Assembly (NCBI RefSeq): GCF_016127575.1
Contig: NZ_CP066019.1
Coordinates: forward strand, 1,980,001-2,012,000
From: Cupriavidus necator
GTDB lineage: Bacteria > Pseudomonadota > Gammaproteobacteria > Burkholderiales > Burkholderiaceae
Length of the DNA stretch: 32,000 bases
Reading direction: 5' to 3'
How positions within the stretch are numbered: the stretch's first letter is position 1; the number at the start of each line of letters is the position of its first letter. The position numbers were made by a program, and so were the translations under genes. The notes beneath the pieces are model-generated. The model was given only the letters and a program-made list of their open reading frames with translations. It did no database searches and was not told the DNA's origin. This document shows positions 1 through 7,944 of this stretch, piece after piece.

Positions 1-342
1 CAACTCGACGGCGCCATCGCGCCGCTGCGCGTCCTGCCTGAGATCGTGCACGCCGTGCCCGACCTGCCGGTGATGCTCGACAGCGGCGTATGCCGCGGCA
101 CCGACGTAATCAAGGCGCTCGCGCTCGGCGCGCGTTGCGTCTTTGTCGGCCGGCCGTTCGCCTATGCGGCGACGGTCGGGTCCACCCCCGGCGTGGCGCA
201 CGCCATCGACTTGTTGCAGGCCGAGATCTCGCGCGATATGGCAATGCTCGGCCTGACCCGGCTGGCAGACATCGGCCCTGCCTGCATCCGGCCTGCCGCT
301 TCACTACCCCACATGCCCCCTCACCCGGAGACTTATCGATGA
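1..342 (+). CDS. FMN-dependent alpha-hydroxy-acid dehydrogenase family, C-terminal fragment (5' end outside window)
   Basis: Frame +1 is open from base 1 (QLDGAIAPLRVLPEIVHAVPDLPVMLDSGVCRGTDVIKALALGARCVFVGRPF...). This segment aligns by eye with DGGVRRGADIAKALAMGARGVLVGRAP of the full-length paralog at 16600-17757. Stop TGA 340-342 overlaps the next start (ATGA). Confidence 0.85.
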   Translation, partial: QLDGAIAPLRVLPEIVHAVPDLPVMLDSGVCRGTDVIKALALGARCVFVGRPFAYAATVGSTPGVAHAIDLLQAEISRDMAMLGLTRLADIGPACIRPAASLPHMPPHPETYR

Positions 343-1019
343 GCACGCTTCACGGCTTTCGCATCCACCCCAAGCCGGCGCCGACTGCCAGCAACGCGCT
401 GCTGGAACGCTACCGCAGCTTCCCGGTGGCCAATGTCAGCGACGCAATGTGCCGCACCGTCGGCACCACGCGGCTGCGGCCCTATCACCGGCGCGATGGC
501 GTCATGGCCGGCCGCGCCCTCACCGTGCGCACGCGCCCGGGCGACAACCTGATGGTGCACAAGGCCCTCGACCTCTGCGGACCCGGCGATGTGATCGTCG
601 TCGATGCCGGCGGCGCCGGTCCCAATGCCATCATCGGCGAGATCATGCTGGCGCTGGCGATCGCGCGCGGCGCAGCGGGCTTCGTCATCGACGGCCTGAT
701 CCGCGACAGCGATACGATCGGCAAGGAGACGTTGCCCGTGTATGCGCGCGGGGTCTCGCACCGCGGTCCTTACAAGGACGGTCCCGGCGAATTGCATGTG
801 CCCGTCTGCATCGACGGCATGGTGGTGCGCCCCGGCGACCTGGTGCTGGGCGATGGCGACGGCCTGCTGGTCGTTGCGGCCGAGGATGCCGAGGAAATCG
901 CCGCGCGCGTGGAGAACGTACAACGCACCGAAGCAGCGGTGCTCGAGTCGATCGCGCAAGGCCGCGCCGATCGGAGCTGGGTCGAGCGCACGCTGCGCGA
1001 AAAGGGGGTGGTCGTATGA
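339..1019 (+). CDS. RraA-family protein / 4-hydroxy-4-methyl-2-oxoglutarate (HMG/CHA) class II aldolase-like
   Basis: ATG at 339 gives 226 aa (MSTLHGFRIHP...). Size and the GEIMLALAIARGAAGFVIDGLIRD segment are typical of the RraA/HMG-aldolase fold. ATGA overlaps at both ends (339-342 and 1016-1019). The longer ORF-track start at 90 lies inside the upstream gene. Confidence 0.85.
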   Translation: MSTLHGFRIHPKPAPTASNALLERYRSFPVANVSDAMCRTVGTTRLRPYHRRDGVMAGRALTVRTRPGDNLMVHKALDLCGPGDVIVVDAGGAGPNAIIGEIMLALAIARGAAGFVIDGLIRDSDTIGKETLPVYARGVSHRGPYKDGPGELHVPVCIDGMVVRPGDLVLGDGDGLLVVAAEDAEEIAARVENVQRTEAAVLESIAQGRADRSWVERTLREKGVVV

Positions 1020-2098
1020 ACGCGCCCGTCCTGCTGATGCCTGCCGCCGGCACGGTGGTCCGTTTCGACCACTGGCTGGACGCAGCCTTTGACCGCATCA
1101 TTACGGCCACGCCAGGCCTGACGCTGCACACCTGCGCCCGCGAAGGCGCCGACGCGGCCGCCTGGGACCGGCTGTCCGGCGCCCATGTCTACCAGATCTC
1201 GGCCGCCAAGGACGAGATCCCGCGCCGCTGGTTCGCCGACGCCGCGCTGCTGGCGCGCTGCCCGAACCTGCTGGCGGTGTCGTCCAGCGGCTCCGGCTGC
1301 GACACCATCGACATCGATGCCTGCACCGAGGCCGGCGTCGCGGTGCTCAACCAGGCCGGCGGCAACGCCGACTCGGTGGCGGAGATGACGCTGGGCCTGA
1401 TGCTCGCGGTACTGCGCCGCATCGCCGAATCCGACCGCAGCCTGCGCGCGCACAACTGCGAGAGCCGTGAGGACCTGATGGGCCACGAACTGCGCGGCCG
1501 CACGCTCGGCCTGGTCGGCGTGGGCCACGCGGGCCGCCGCGTCGCCGCACTCGGCCGCGCCTTGGGCATGCGCGTGATCGGGTGCGACCCGGCGCTGGAT
1601 GCGGCGGAGCTGTCCGCACGCGGCGCACAGGCCGTGTCCTTCGAGGAATTGCTGCGCAGTGCCGACATCGTCTCGCTGCATTGCCCGCGCGATGCCACCA
1701 CGCTGCGCATGATGGATGGCGCCGCCTTTGCCGCGATGCGGCCGGGCAGCATCTTCGTCAGCACCGCGCGCGGCGGCATCCACGATGAGGGCGCGCTGCA
1801 TGCGGCGCTGGCCAGCGGCCATCTTGCCGGCGCCGGTCTGGACGTGTGGGACCAGGAGCCGCCACCACGCGCCCACCCCTTGCTCGCGCTGGACAACGTC
1901 GTCGCCACCTTCCACACCGCTGGCGTTACTCACGAGGCACGGCGCAGGAACGCCGAACTGGCCGCCACTCAAATCGTCACGCTGCTGACCAGTGGCGAGC
2001 GGCCCGAGCGGCTGGTCAATCCCGAAGTCTGGCCGCGAGCGCGCCTGCGCATTGCGGCGGTGATGCAGGCTGCCGCCCTGTCATCGGTCACACCTTAG
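1016..2098 (+). CDS. D-isomer-specific 2-hydroxyacid dehydrogenase (NAD-binding, PGDH/GhrB-like)
   Basis: ATG 1016 (MNAPVLLMPAAG...). Rossmann motif GLVGVGHAGRRVA. Catalytic-triad-like R (TARGGIHDE), E (LDVWDQEPP) and H (TFHTAGVT). Confidence 0.9.
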   Translation: MNAPVLLMPAAGTVVRFDHWLDAAFDRIITATPGLTLHTCAREGADAAAWDRLSGAHVYQISAAKDEIPRRWFADAALLARCPNLLAVSSSGSGCDTIDIDACTEAGVAVLNQAGGNADSVAEMTLGLMLAVLRRIAESDRSLRAHNCESREDLMGHELRGRTLGLVGVGHAGRRVAALGRALGMRVIGCDPALDAAELSARGAQAVSFEELLRSADIVSLHCPRDATTLRMMDGAAFAAMRPGSIFVSTARGGIHDEGALHAALASGHLAGAGLDVWDQEPPPRAHPLLALDNVVATFHTAGVTHEARRRNAELAATQIVTLLTSGERPERLVNPEVWPRARLRIAAVMQAAALSSVTP

Positions 2099-2168
2099 CC
2101 CCCGATTCCGCAGACTATTCTTTACACATAACACGCTGGCATACCAGACCGGCGAGGAGACACCAACC

Positions 2169-3173
2169 ATGCACCCGACCCAAGACCAATGGCGCCGGCG
2201 CTTTCCCCTTCGCCTGGCCGGCGCGCTCGCGCTGGCCTGCGGCCTCGCCGCCGCGACCGGCGCACAGGCAGAGGCGCCCTATCCCAACCGCCCTATCCAG
2301 ATGATCGTGGCCTACGGTCCCGGGGGCGGGACGGACCTGGTGGCACGGTTGCTGGCCCGCCACCTCGAGAAGCAACTCGGCGGCGCCACGGTGGTGGTGC
2401 AGAACAAGCCCGGCGCGGGCGGCGCCATCGGCTTCGCCGAACTGGCACGGTCCGCGCCGGACGGCTACACCATCGGCTTTATCAATACGCCGAACCTGCT
2501 GACCATTCCCATCGAGCGCAAGACCACCTTCACCTGGCGCAGCTTCGACCTGATCGGCAACCTGGTCGACGATCCGGGCGGCTTCACGGTGCACAACAGC
2601 AACGGCATCGACTCGCTGGCCGCGCTGATCCGCCATGCCAAGGCGCATCCGGGGGAGGTGTCAGTCGGCACCACCGGCGTCGGCTCGGACGACCACCTCG
2701 CCATGCTGCTGTTCGAGAGGGCCGCGGGCGTCAAGCTCACCCATGTCGGCTACAAGGGCGCAGGCGACGTGCGTGCGGCGCTGGTCGGGCAGCAGCTCAC
2801 CATCGGGGCCATTAACGTGGGCGAAGCGCTGCAGTACCAGAAAGGCGGCTCGCCGATCAAGTTCCTTGGCCAAATGGGCGCAACACGGGCAACGCTGGCC
2901 CCGAACGTGCCCACCTTCCGCGAACAGGGCTTCGACATTGAGCTGGCTTCGCTGCGCGGCCTGGCGGCGCCCAAGGGCCTGCCTGAGCCGGTCAGGAAGA
3001 AACTGGTGGAGGCGATGGCGCGCGTGGTCGCGGATCCGCAGTTCCGCCAGCAGGCCGAAGCGATGTATGCGCCGTTGCACTATCTGGCGCCGGCCGCCTA
3101 CAGCGCGGAGCTGGAGCGCGGGGAGACGGGCTTCCGTCAGCTGTGGAAAGAGATGCCGTGGCAGGAGAACTGA
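2169..3173 (+). CDS. Bug-family (TctC-like) tripartite tricarboxylate transporter substrate-binding protein
   Basis: 334 aa with a signal peptide (LAGALALACGLAAATGAQA). Bug hallmark 'YPNRPIQMIVAYGPGGGTDLVARLLA...VVVQNKPGAGG'. SD GAGGAG upstream of the ATG. Confidence 0.9.
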   Translation: MHPTQDQWRRRFPLRLAGALALACGLAAATGAQAEAPYPNRPIQMIVAYGPGGGTDLVARLLARHLEKQLGGATVVVQNKPGAGGAIGFAELARSAPDGYTIGFINTPNLLTIPIERKTTFTWRSFDLIGNLVDDPGGFTVHNSNGIDSLAALIRHAKAHPGEVSVGTTGVGSDDHLAMLLFERAAGVKLTHVGYKGAGDVRAALVGQQLTIGAINVGEALQYQKGGSPIKFLGQMGATRATLAPNVPTFREQGFDIELASLRGLAAPKGLPEPVRKKLVEAMARVVADPQFRQQAEAMYAPLHYLAPAAYSAELERGETGFRQLWKEMPWQEN

Positions 3174-3176
3174 GCT

Positions 3177-3416
3177 TTGCTGCAAACGCTGGGGGTTCCT
3201 CGCCGATCAGGTTCTCCGCCGGAATCTCCAGGCTACGACTGGCTGCCCGAGCAAGGCGCCGAGCTTGTTCGACACGATGCGCGCCACCACGTCGGTGCTG
3301 CCGCCGGCGGCGAAGCGTACGACCAGGCGGACGGGATGGTCAGGATAAGCAGCCTAGGCGTGCGCGCTGAACGAAATGAGCGCACCGATCCCTACTTGAG
3401 CAAGCAAGCGTTTCAT
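3177..3416 (-). pseudogene. Decayed Bug-family gene remnant (nonsense codon plus internal deletion/truncation)
   Basis: Minus-strand ATG at 3416 gives MKRLLAQVGIGALISFSAHA, then an in-frame TAG (3356-3354). The same frame continues AAYPDHPVRLVVRFAAGGSTDVVARIVSNKLGALLGQPVV, clearly homologous to the N-termini of the intact Bug genes. The expected ENRPGAGG motif is missing. A shifted frame reads ...EEPPAFAAKL, which resembles a Bug C-terminus. The lower boundary is approximate. Confidence 0.55.
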
Positions 3417-3606
3417 GTCTCTTCCACGAAGATAGTTTTGATTGGGTGGCGCATTGCGCGTCGACACCCTTTGAAACGATGGTAGCGAGCAACCGTGGCG
3501 ACGGTGAAATAGAAAATTCCGCTGCTGCTATCAAGGGGCGGCATGCCTGGGGCTTCTACTGCGGTGTTAACCCGAAGCTTGCTCCGCGGGCGCCGCGTAA
3601 GCGCAA

Positions 3607-3638
3607 GTACGCCGCGCAGCCATCGTCGCGCGGCGTAC
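3607..3638 (-). terminator. Stem-loop (11-bp perfect stem GTACGCCGCGC/GCGCGGCGTAC, 10-nt loop) downstream of the Bug gene at 3691-4695
   Basis: Inverted repeat read directly at 3607-3617 and 3628-3638. No clear U-tract follows, so function as an intrinsic terminator is uncertain. Confidence 0.3.
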
Positions 3639-3657
3639 ATTCAGGGTGCAACGGAAC

Positions 3658-3677
3658 GCAAGCGCTGGCGCGCTTGC
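3658..3677 (-). terminator. Stem-loop (8-bp stem GCAAGCGC/GCGCTTGC, 4-nt loop) 14 nt past the stop of the Bug gene at 3691-4695
   Basis: Inverted repeat read directly. On the minus strand it is followed by GTTCCGTTGC, a weak U-tract. Confidence 0.35.
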
Positions 3678-3690
3678 CGCCTGCAGGATG

Positions 3691-4695
3691 TCAGTCGGCC
3701 TCCACCTTCATCGTCTTCAGCAGCGGCTGCCACTTGTCGCTTTCCGCCTTGAGCCAGGTGCGCAGCCCTTCCGGCGTCTGCTTGTCTACCGGCACAACCT
3801 CCGCACCCAGGTCGTCAAGCCGCTTGGCCACGGCGGGATCCTTCAGTGCCTGCTGCAGCGCCCTGGTCAGCCTGGCAGTGACCTCGGGCGGCGTGCCCTT
3901 GGGCGCATAGATCCCGTGCCACACCTTCATCGAGAAGCCCTTCAGGCCGCCTTCCTGCAGCGTCGGCGCATTGGGCAGTGCCTTGATGCGGCTAGGCGTC
4001 GTCACGCCATACAGCTTGACGCGGTTGGCGTTGATATGCGGCAGCGTCGAGGTGGTCTGGTCGCACAGCAGGTCCACCTGCCCGCCCAGCAAGGCCGTCA
4101 GCGCGGGGCCGGTGCCCTGGTAGGGAATGGAAGTCATCTTGACCTTGACTGCCTCCTCGAACAGCAGGCCGCATAGCTGCGAAACCGCGCCAAGGCCGGC
4201 ATTGGCCAGCGAGACCTTCTCCTTGTTCTGCGAGACATACTTGATCAGCTCCGCCGCGTTGGCCGGCGGCAGGTCCTTGCGGCCCAGCAGCGTCATCGGC
4301 ACATCCGCCACCTGCCCGATGTACTCGAAGTCCTTCATCGGACTGTAGGAGAGCTTCTTGTACAGCGCCGGCGCCGTCGCCATGCCATTGTGGTGGATCA
4401 GGATGGTGTAGCCGTCGGGCTGCGCCCGCGCCACGAATGCGGCCGCCACCGTGCCGCCGGCGCCGAGCTTGTTCTCCACGACAACGCTCTGTCCCAGATC
4501 CTTCGACATGGCCTGGCCAAGGGCCCGCGACACCACATCGGTCGGGCCGCCGGCCGAGAACGGCACCACCAGCGTGATGGGCTTGGACGGATAGGCATCC
4601 GCTGCCAGCGCCCCCGCGGAAAACGCCAGTCCAAGCGCTCCGCACATGATCCACTTCATACCGGCCAGCGTGGCCTTGCCCGCTTGAACGCACAT
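3691..4695 (-). CDS. Bug-family (TctC-like) substrate-binding protein
   Basis: Hallmark 'AYPSKPITLVVPFSAGGPTDVVSRAL...VVVENKLGAGG'. I prefer ATG 4695 (SD GGAGA 7 nt upstream; MCVQAGKATLAGMKWIMCGALGLAFSAGALA signal). ATG 4659 (MKWIM...) is an alternative. The ORF-track start at 4965 has no support. Confidence 0.9.
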   Translation of the reverse strand: MCVQAGKATLAGMKWIMCGALGLAFSAGALAADAYPSKPITLVVPFSAGGPTDVVSRALGQAMSKDLGQSVVVENKLGAGGTVAAAFVARAQPDGYTILIHHNGMATAPALYKKLSYSPMKDFEYIGQVADVPMTLLGRKDLPPANAAELIKYVSQNKEKVSLANAGLGAVSQLCGLLFEEAVKVKMTSIPYQGTGPALTALLGGQVDLLCDQTTSTLPHINANRVKLYGVTTPSRIKALPNAPTLQEGGLKGFSMKVWHGIYAPKGTPPEVTARLTRALQQALKDPAVAKRLDDLGAEVVPVDKQTPEGLRTWLKAESDKWQPLLKTMKVEAD

Positions 4696-4747
4696 ATCAC
4701 CGTCTCCATGTCGCCGGCACGCTGACTGTGTCGCGCCGGTCGGTTTA

Positions 4748-4990
4748 TCAAACAGCGCTAGAGTGCGGGATAGCGGCACCGGAGGACAATCCGGATTTAT
4801 CGAACGGGCCATACGGCCAGGCCGAACGCACGCCAGCCGACCACCCGGTCGGGAACTTCTGCCCGAAGTCGCAGGTCTCCCGGGCCAGCATGGCGAGGGA
4901 CGACACAAGCTTGCTGCGCTGGTCACTCTTGCAGATGGCGGCATCCGCCCGCCACCATGGCGCATCTTCCGGCGCAGGTCGAGGCTTCAT
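4748..4990 (-). CDS. Hypothetical small protein (80 aa), weakly supported
   Basis: ATG 4990 is preceded by GGAGAG with a 6-nt spacer. The central codons are strongly G/C-ending (about 33 of 36 by my count) and overall about 60 of 80. No recognisable motif. It lies 52 nt upstream of, and co-directional with, the Bug gene. Confidence 0.3.
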   Translation of the reverse strand: MKPRPAPEDAPWWRADAAICKSDQRSKLVSSLAMLARETCDFGQKFPTGWSAGVRSAWPYGPFDKSGLSSGAAIPHSSAV

Positions 4991-5078
4991 GTTCAGCTCT
5001 CCATCGCCACGCGCCCACGGCACTGGTCCGCTTGAAATCGCCTGAAATTTTCAACCAATGAAAATATATGGCATTCGT

Positions 5079-5108
5079 TTGACGCTCGTTCGCTCCCCTC
5101 CCTAAGAT
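5079..5108 (+). promoter_or_regulatory. Candidate sigma70-type promoter for the Bug/DUF1446 operon (TTGACG-N18-TAAGAT)
   Basis: TTGACG at 5079-5084, an 18-nt spacer and TAAGAT at 5103-5108, about 70 nt upstream of ATG 5178. It sits next to an AT-rich stretch with TTGAAA-N11-TTTCAA (5032-5054). Sequence pattern only. Confidence 0.25.
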
Positions 5109-5177
5109 CTCCCGCACAGAGTTTCCCTCAACGAAACCAGATGCGCGCGCACCGCCTCGCGCCCAGGAGACAACCCG

Positions 5178-6173
5178 ATGCAGCGTCATTCCCGCCAGCG
5201 GCGTGCCATAGTTGCGGCGCTCGCCACCCTGCCTGCCTTGTGCGCCTGGTCCGCACCGGCCTGCGCGGCAGAGGCATTTCCTTCGCGTCCGATCCGGCTG
5301 GTGGTGCCCTTCACGCCCGGCGGCACCACTGACATCCTGGCGCGCCTGGTTGCGCAGAAGGCCGGCGAGGCGCTGGGCCAGCAGATCGTGGTCGACAACC
5401 GTCCGGGCGCGGGCGGCAACATCGGCGCTGAGGCCGTGGCGCGCAGTGCAGCTGACGGCTATACGCTGCTGATGGGCACGTTGGGCACGCAGGTGACCAA
5501 CCAGTTCATTTACCCGCGCATGCCGTACGACAGCACCCGGGACTTCGTGCCCGTGACGCTGGTCGCCAATTCCCCCAACGTGCTGCTTGTCAACAGCACG
5601 CTGAACGCAAGGTCGGTGGGCGAACTGGTGACGCTGGCCAGGCGCGAGCCGGGCAAGATCAACTATGCCTCGACCAGCACCGGCGGGTCGCCCCACCTGT
5701 CAGGCGAGTTGCTGAACATGATGGCGGGCGTCAGCATGCAGCACGTGCCGTACAAAGGGGCCGCCCCCGCCATGACGGACCTGCTCGCGGGCCAGGTCAA
5801 CCTGATGTTCGACAACCTGCCGTCCGCGCTCGCACAGATCCAGGCTGGCAAGGTGACGGCGCTGGCGGTCACCAGTGCCAGGCGGGCCTCGGTGCTGCCT
5901 TCCGTGCCGACCGTGCGCGAGTCGGGGCTGCCGGGCTATGAAGTCAATTCCTGGTTCGGGCTGCTCGCGCCGGCCGGCACGCCGCCCGAGCGCGTGCGCC
6001 GGCTCCAGCAGGCGGTGGACAAGGTGCTGGCCACGCCCGACGTGCGCAAGCGCATCGAACAGCTTGGCGCCGAGCCGGGCGGCGAAGGCTCCGCCGCGTT
6101 CGCGGCGCAGATCAGGAGCGATACGGAAAAATGGTCGCGCGTGATCCAGACCGCCGGCATCAAGCCGCAATGA
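5178..6173 (+). CDS. Bug-family (TctC-like) substrate-binding protein
   Basis: 331 aa. Signal peptide with AxA (PACAAEA). 'FPSRPIRLVVPFTPGGTTDILARLVA...IVVDNRPGAGGNIG'. SD AGGAGA upstream. Confidence 0.9.
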   Translation: MQRHSRQRRAIVAALATLPALCAWSAPACAAEAFPSRPIRLVVPFTPGGTTDILARLVAQKAGEALGQQIVVDNRPGAGGNIGAEAVARSAADGYTLLMGTLGTQVTNQFIYPRMPYDSTRDFVPVTLVANSPNVLLVNSTLNARSVGELVTLARREPGKINYASTSTGGSPHLSGELLNMMAGVSMQHVPYKGAAPAMTDLLAGQVNLMFDNLPSALAQIQAGKVTALAVTSARRASVLPSVPTVRESGLPGYEVNSWFGLLAPAGTPPERVRRLQQAVDKVLATPDVRKRIEQLGAEPGGEGSAAFAAQIRSDTEKWSRVIQTAGIKPQ

Positions 6174-6211
6174 CGCGGCTGGGCAGCGCCAACCCCTGAC
6201 ACAGGACAATC

Positions 6212-7567
6212 ATGACCAAGACCAACACCCTTCGCATCGGCTCGGGATCGGGCTGGTGGGGCGACCGCGTCGAGCCGGCCGAGCGTTCGGCGCGCCTGGG
6301 CAAGCTCGACTACCTGTGCTTCGAGACCATGGCCGAGGCCACGGTATCCGCCGCGCAGGTGCGCAAGCGGCGCGACCCGGCCTTCGCCGGCTACGACACC
6401 TATCTCGACGAACGCATGCGCGCAGTGCTGCCCCCGTGCATCGCCAATGGCACGCGCATCATCAGCAACCAGGGCTGGATTCATCCGCTCGGCGGGGCCC
6501 GGCGCGTGGCCGAGCTCTGCGAGGAACTGGGCCTGCCCGGCGTCAGAATCGCCGCGGTCACCACCACGGACCTGACCGGAAGCATCTGCGAGCTGGATCT
6601 CACCCTGCTGGAAAGCGGCGCACCGGTTTCCTCGCTGCGTGAAACCCTGATCAGCGCCGAACCATACGAAGGCGCCGAACCGATCGTCGCCGCATTGCGC
6701 GCGGGCGCGCAGATCGTGATCACCGGGCGCGTGGCCGACCCGTCGCTGTTCCTCGCGCCGATGATCCATCATTTCGGCTGGTCGCCGGACGACGTGACTC
6801 GGCTTGCGCGCGGCAGCGCCATCGGCCATCTGCTCGAGTGCGGCGCGCAGGTGACGGGGGGATATTTCGGCGACCCCGGCTACAAGGATGTGCCGGAACC
6901 ATGGAACCTGGCCTTCCCGATCGCCGAGGTGGAGGCCGACGGCAGCGCCGTGATCGGCAAGGTGGATGGCAGCGGCGGACGCATCGACCAGCAGACCGTC
7001 AAGGAGCAGATGTTCTATGAGGTCCACGACCCGCGCCGCTACATCACGCCGGACGTGGTGGTCGACTTCTCGACCGCGGTGCTCGAACAGGTAGGGCCGG
7101 ACCGCGTGCGTATCAGCGGTGTGAGCGGGCAGCCGCGCACCGATACGCTCAAGGTGTCGCTGGGCTGCACCGAAGGGCATATCGGTGAAGACATGTTCTT
7201 CTACGCGGGGCCGGGTTGCCTGGAAAAGGCCAGGCTGGCCAAACGCATCCTCGAAGCGCGCTTTGCCATGGCAAGGTTGCAGGCGGATGAGGTGCGCATC
7301 GACTTCCTCGGCGTCAACGCCGTGCACGGCGCGGCCTCGCCCGAACCTGTCTGCGAGCCCAACGAAATCGCGGTCCGCGTCGCCGCGCGCACCCGCACGC
7401 GCGACGAAGCCGCCAAGGTTGGCCGCGAGATCGACGGCATGGCGGTCTGCGGCCTGGCCTCCACCGGCAAGCGCGTGCCGCACCAGGAGCGCACGCGCGA
7501 GATCATCGGCGTCTGGTCGGCACTGGTGCCGCGCGCGTTGATCACCTCCCAGGTCCACTATCTCTGA
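6212..7567 (+). CDS. DUF1446 / AtuA-like (acyclic terpene utilisation family) protein, N-terminal-domain-only form
   Basis: 451 aa starting MTKTNTLRIGSGSGWWGDRVEPAE...LDYLCFETMAE, which I recognise as the typical DUF1446 N-terminus. The gene is 38 nt after the Bug gene. Confidence 0.8.
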   Translation: MTKTNTLRIGSGSGWWGDRVEPAERSARLGKLDYLCFETMAEATVSAAQVRKRRDPAFAGYDTYLDERMRAVLPPCIANGTRIISNQGWIHPLGGARRVAELCEELGLPGVRIAAVTTTDLTGSICELDLTLLESGAPVSSLRETLISAEPYEGAEPIVAALRAGAQIVITGRVADPSLFLAPMIHHFGWSPDDVTRLARGSAIGHLLECGAQVTGGYFGDPGYKDVPEPWNLAFPIAEVEADGSAVIGKVDGSGGRIDQQTVKEQMFYEVHDPRRYITPDVVVDFSTAVLEQVGPDRVRISGVSGQPRTDTLKVSLGCTEGHIGEDMFFYAGPGCLEKARLAKRILEARFAMARLQADEVRIDFLGVNAVHGAASPEPVCEPNEIAVRVAARTRTRDEAAKVGREIDGMAVCGLASTGKRVPHQERTREIIGVWSALVPRALITSQVHYL

Positions 7568-7576
7568 GGATTCGCC

Positions 7577-7927
7577 ATGCGTGTACCACTGCGACGTCTC
7601 GCACACAGCCGCTCCGGCGACAAGGGCAATACTTCGAACACGGCGGTCATCGCCTACGCGCCGGAGTTCTACCCGCATATCAAGGCACAGCTGACGGCAC
7701 CCGCGTTCAAGGCGCTGTACGGCACGCTGATCACAGGCGCGGTCACGCGCCATGAAGTGGATGGACTGCAGGTGCTCAACTTCGTCGCGGAGGGCGCGCT
7801 CGGCGGCGGTGTGTCGCGCAGCCTCGCGATCGACAACTACGGCAAGGCGCTGGCCAGTGCCGTGCTGCGTTTCGAAGTCGAGATACCTGACGCGCTGGCC
7901 GGCCTGCTGCGCGGGCCGGCGTCATAG
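7577..7927 (+). CDS. Small protein resembling the C-terminal (ferredoxin-fold/DUF4387-like) part of AtuA
   Basis: 116 aa. 'LRRLAHSRSGDKGNTSNTAVIAY' resembles the start of the AtuA C-terminal domain as I recall it. The gene is 9 nt after the DUF1446 gene, with SD GAGGA upstream. Confidence 0.7.
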   Translation: MRVPLRRLAHSRSGDKGNTSNTAVIAYAPEFYPHIKAQLTAPAFKALYGTLITGAVTRHEVDGLQVLNFVAEGALGGGVSRSLAIDNYGKALASAVLRFEVEIPDALAGLLRGPAS

Positions 7928-7944
7928 GCTCGCCGGGGTAGGCG

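Noticed and set aside
3417-3690. ORFs 3413-3640 (-) and 3446-3910 (+), and a possible sRNA, in the 275-bp gap between the Bug remnant and the Bug gene.
   Set aside because: The translations have no coding-like composition or motifs, and 3446-3910 runs antisense into a well-supported Bug gene. The gap is better explained as the former promoter of the decayed gene plus two terminator-like hairpins. I have no evidence for an sRNA beyond the hairpins.
3691-4965. Long N-terminal extensions offered by the ORF track. Examples: 90-1019, 449-2098, 3691-4965, 8805-10079, 22148-23422, 23427-23876, 25823-26323, 26236-27900, 28723-29574, 29447-30205 and 7945-8862.
   Set aside because: The extensions overlap upstream genes, are Arg/Pro-rich or have poor GC3. 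Internal ATG/GTG codons with good SD sequences, signal peptides or 4-nt start/stop overlaps give proteins of the size expected for their families.
5032-5054. TTGAAA-N11-TTTCAA inverted hexamers and a TGAAAT direct repeat (10-bp phase) upstream of the Bug/DUF1446 operon, considered as a regulator site.
   Set aside because: These are short, AT-rich motifs that arise easily by chance in a promoter region. No regulator gene is adjacent, so this is not reported as a feature.
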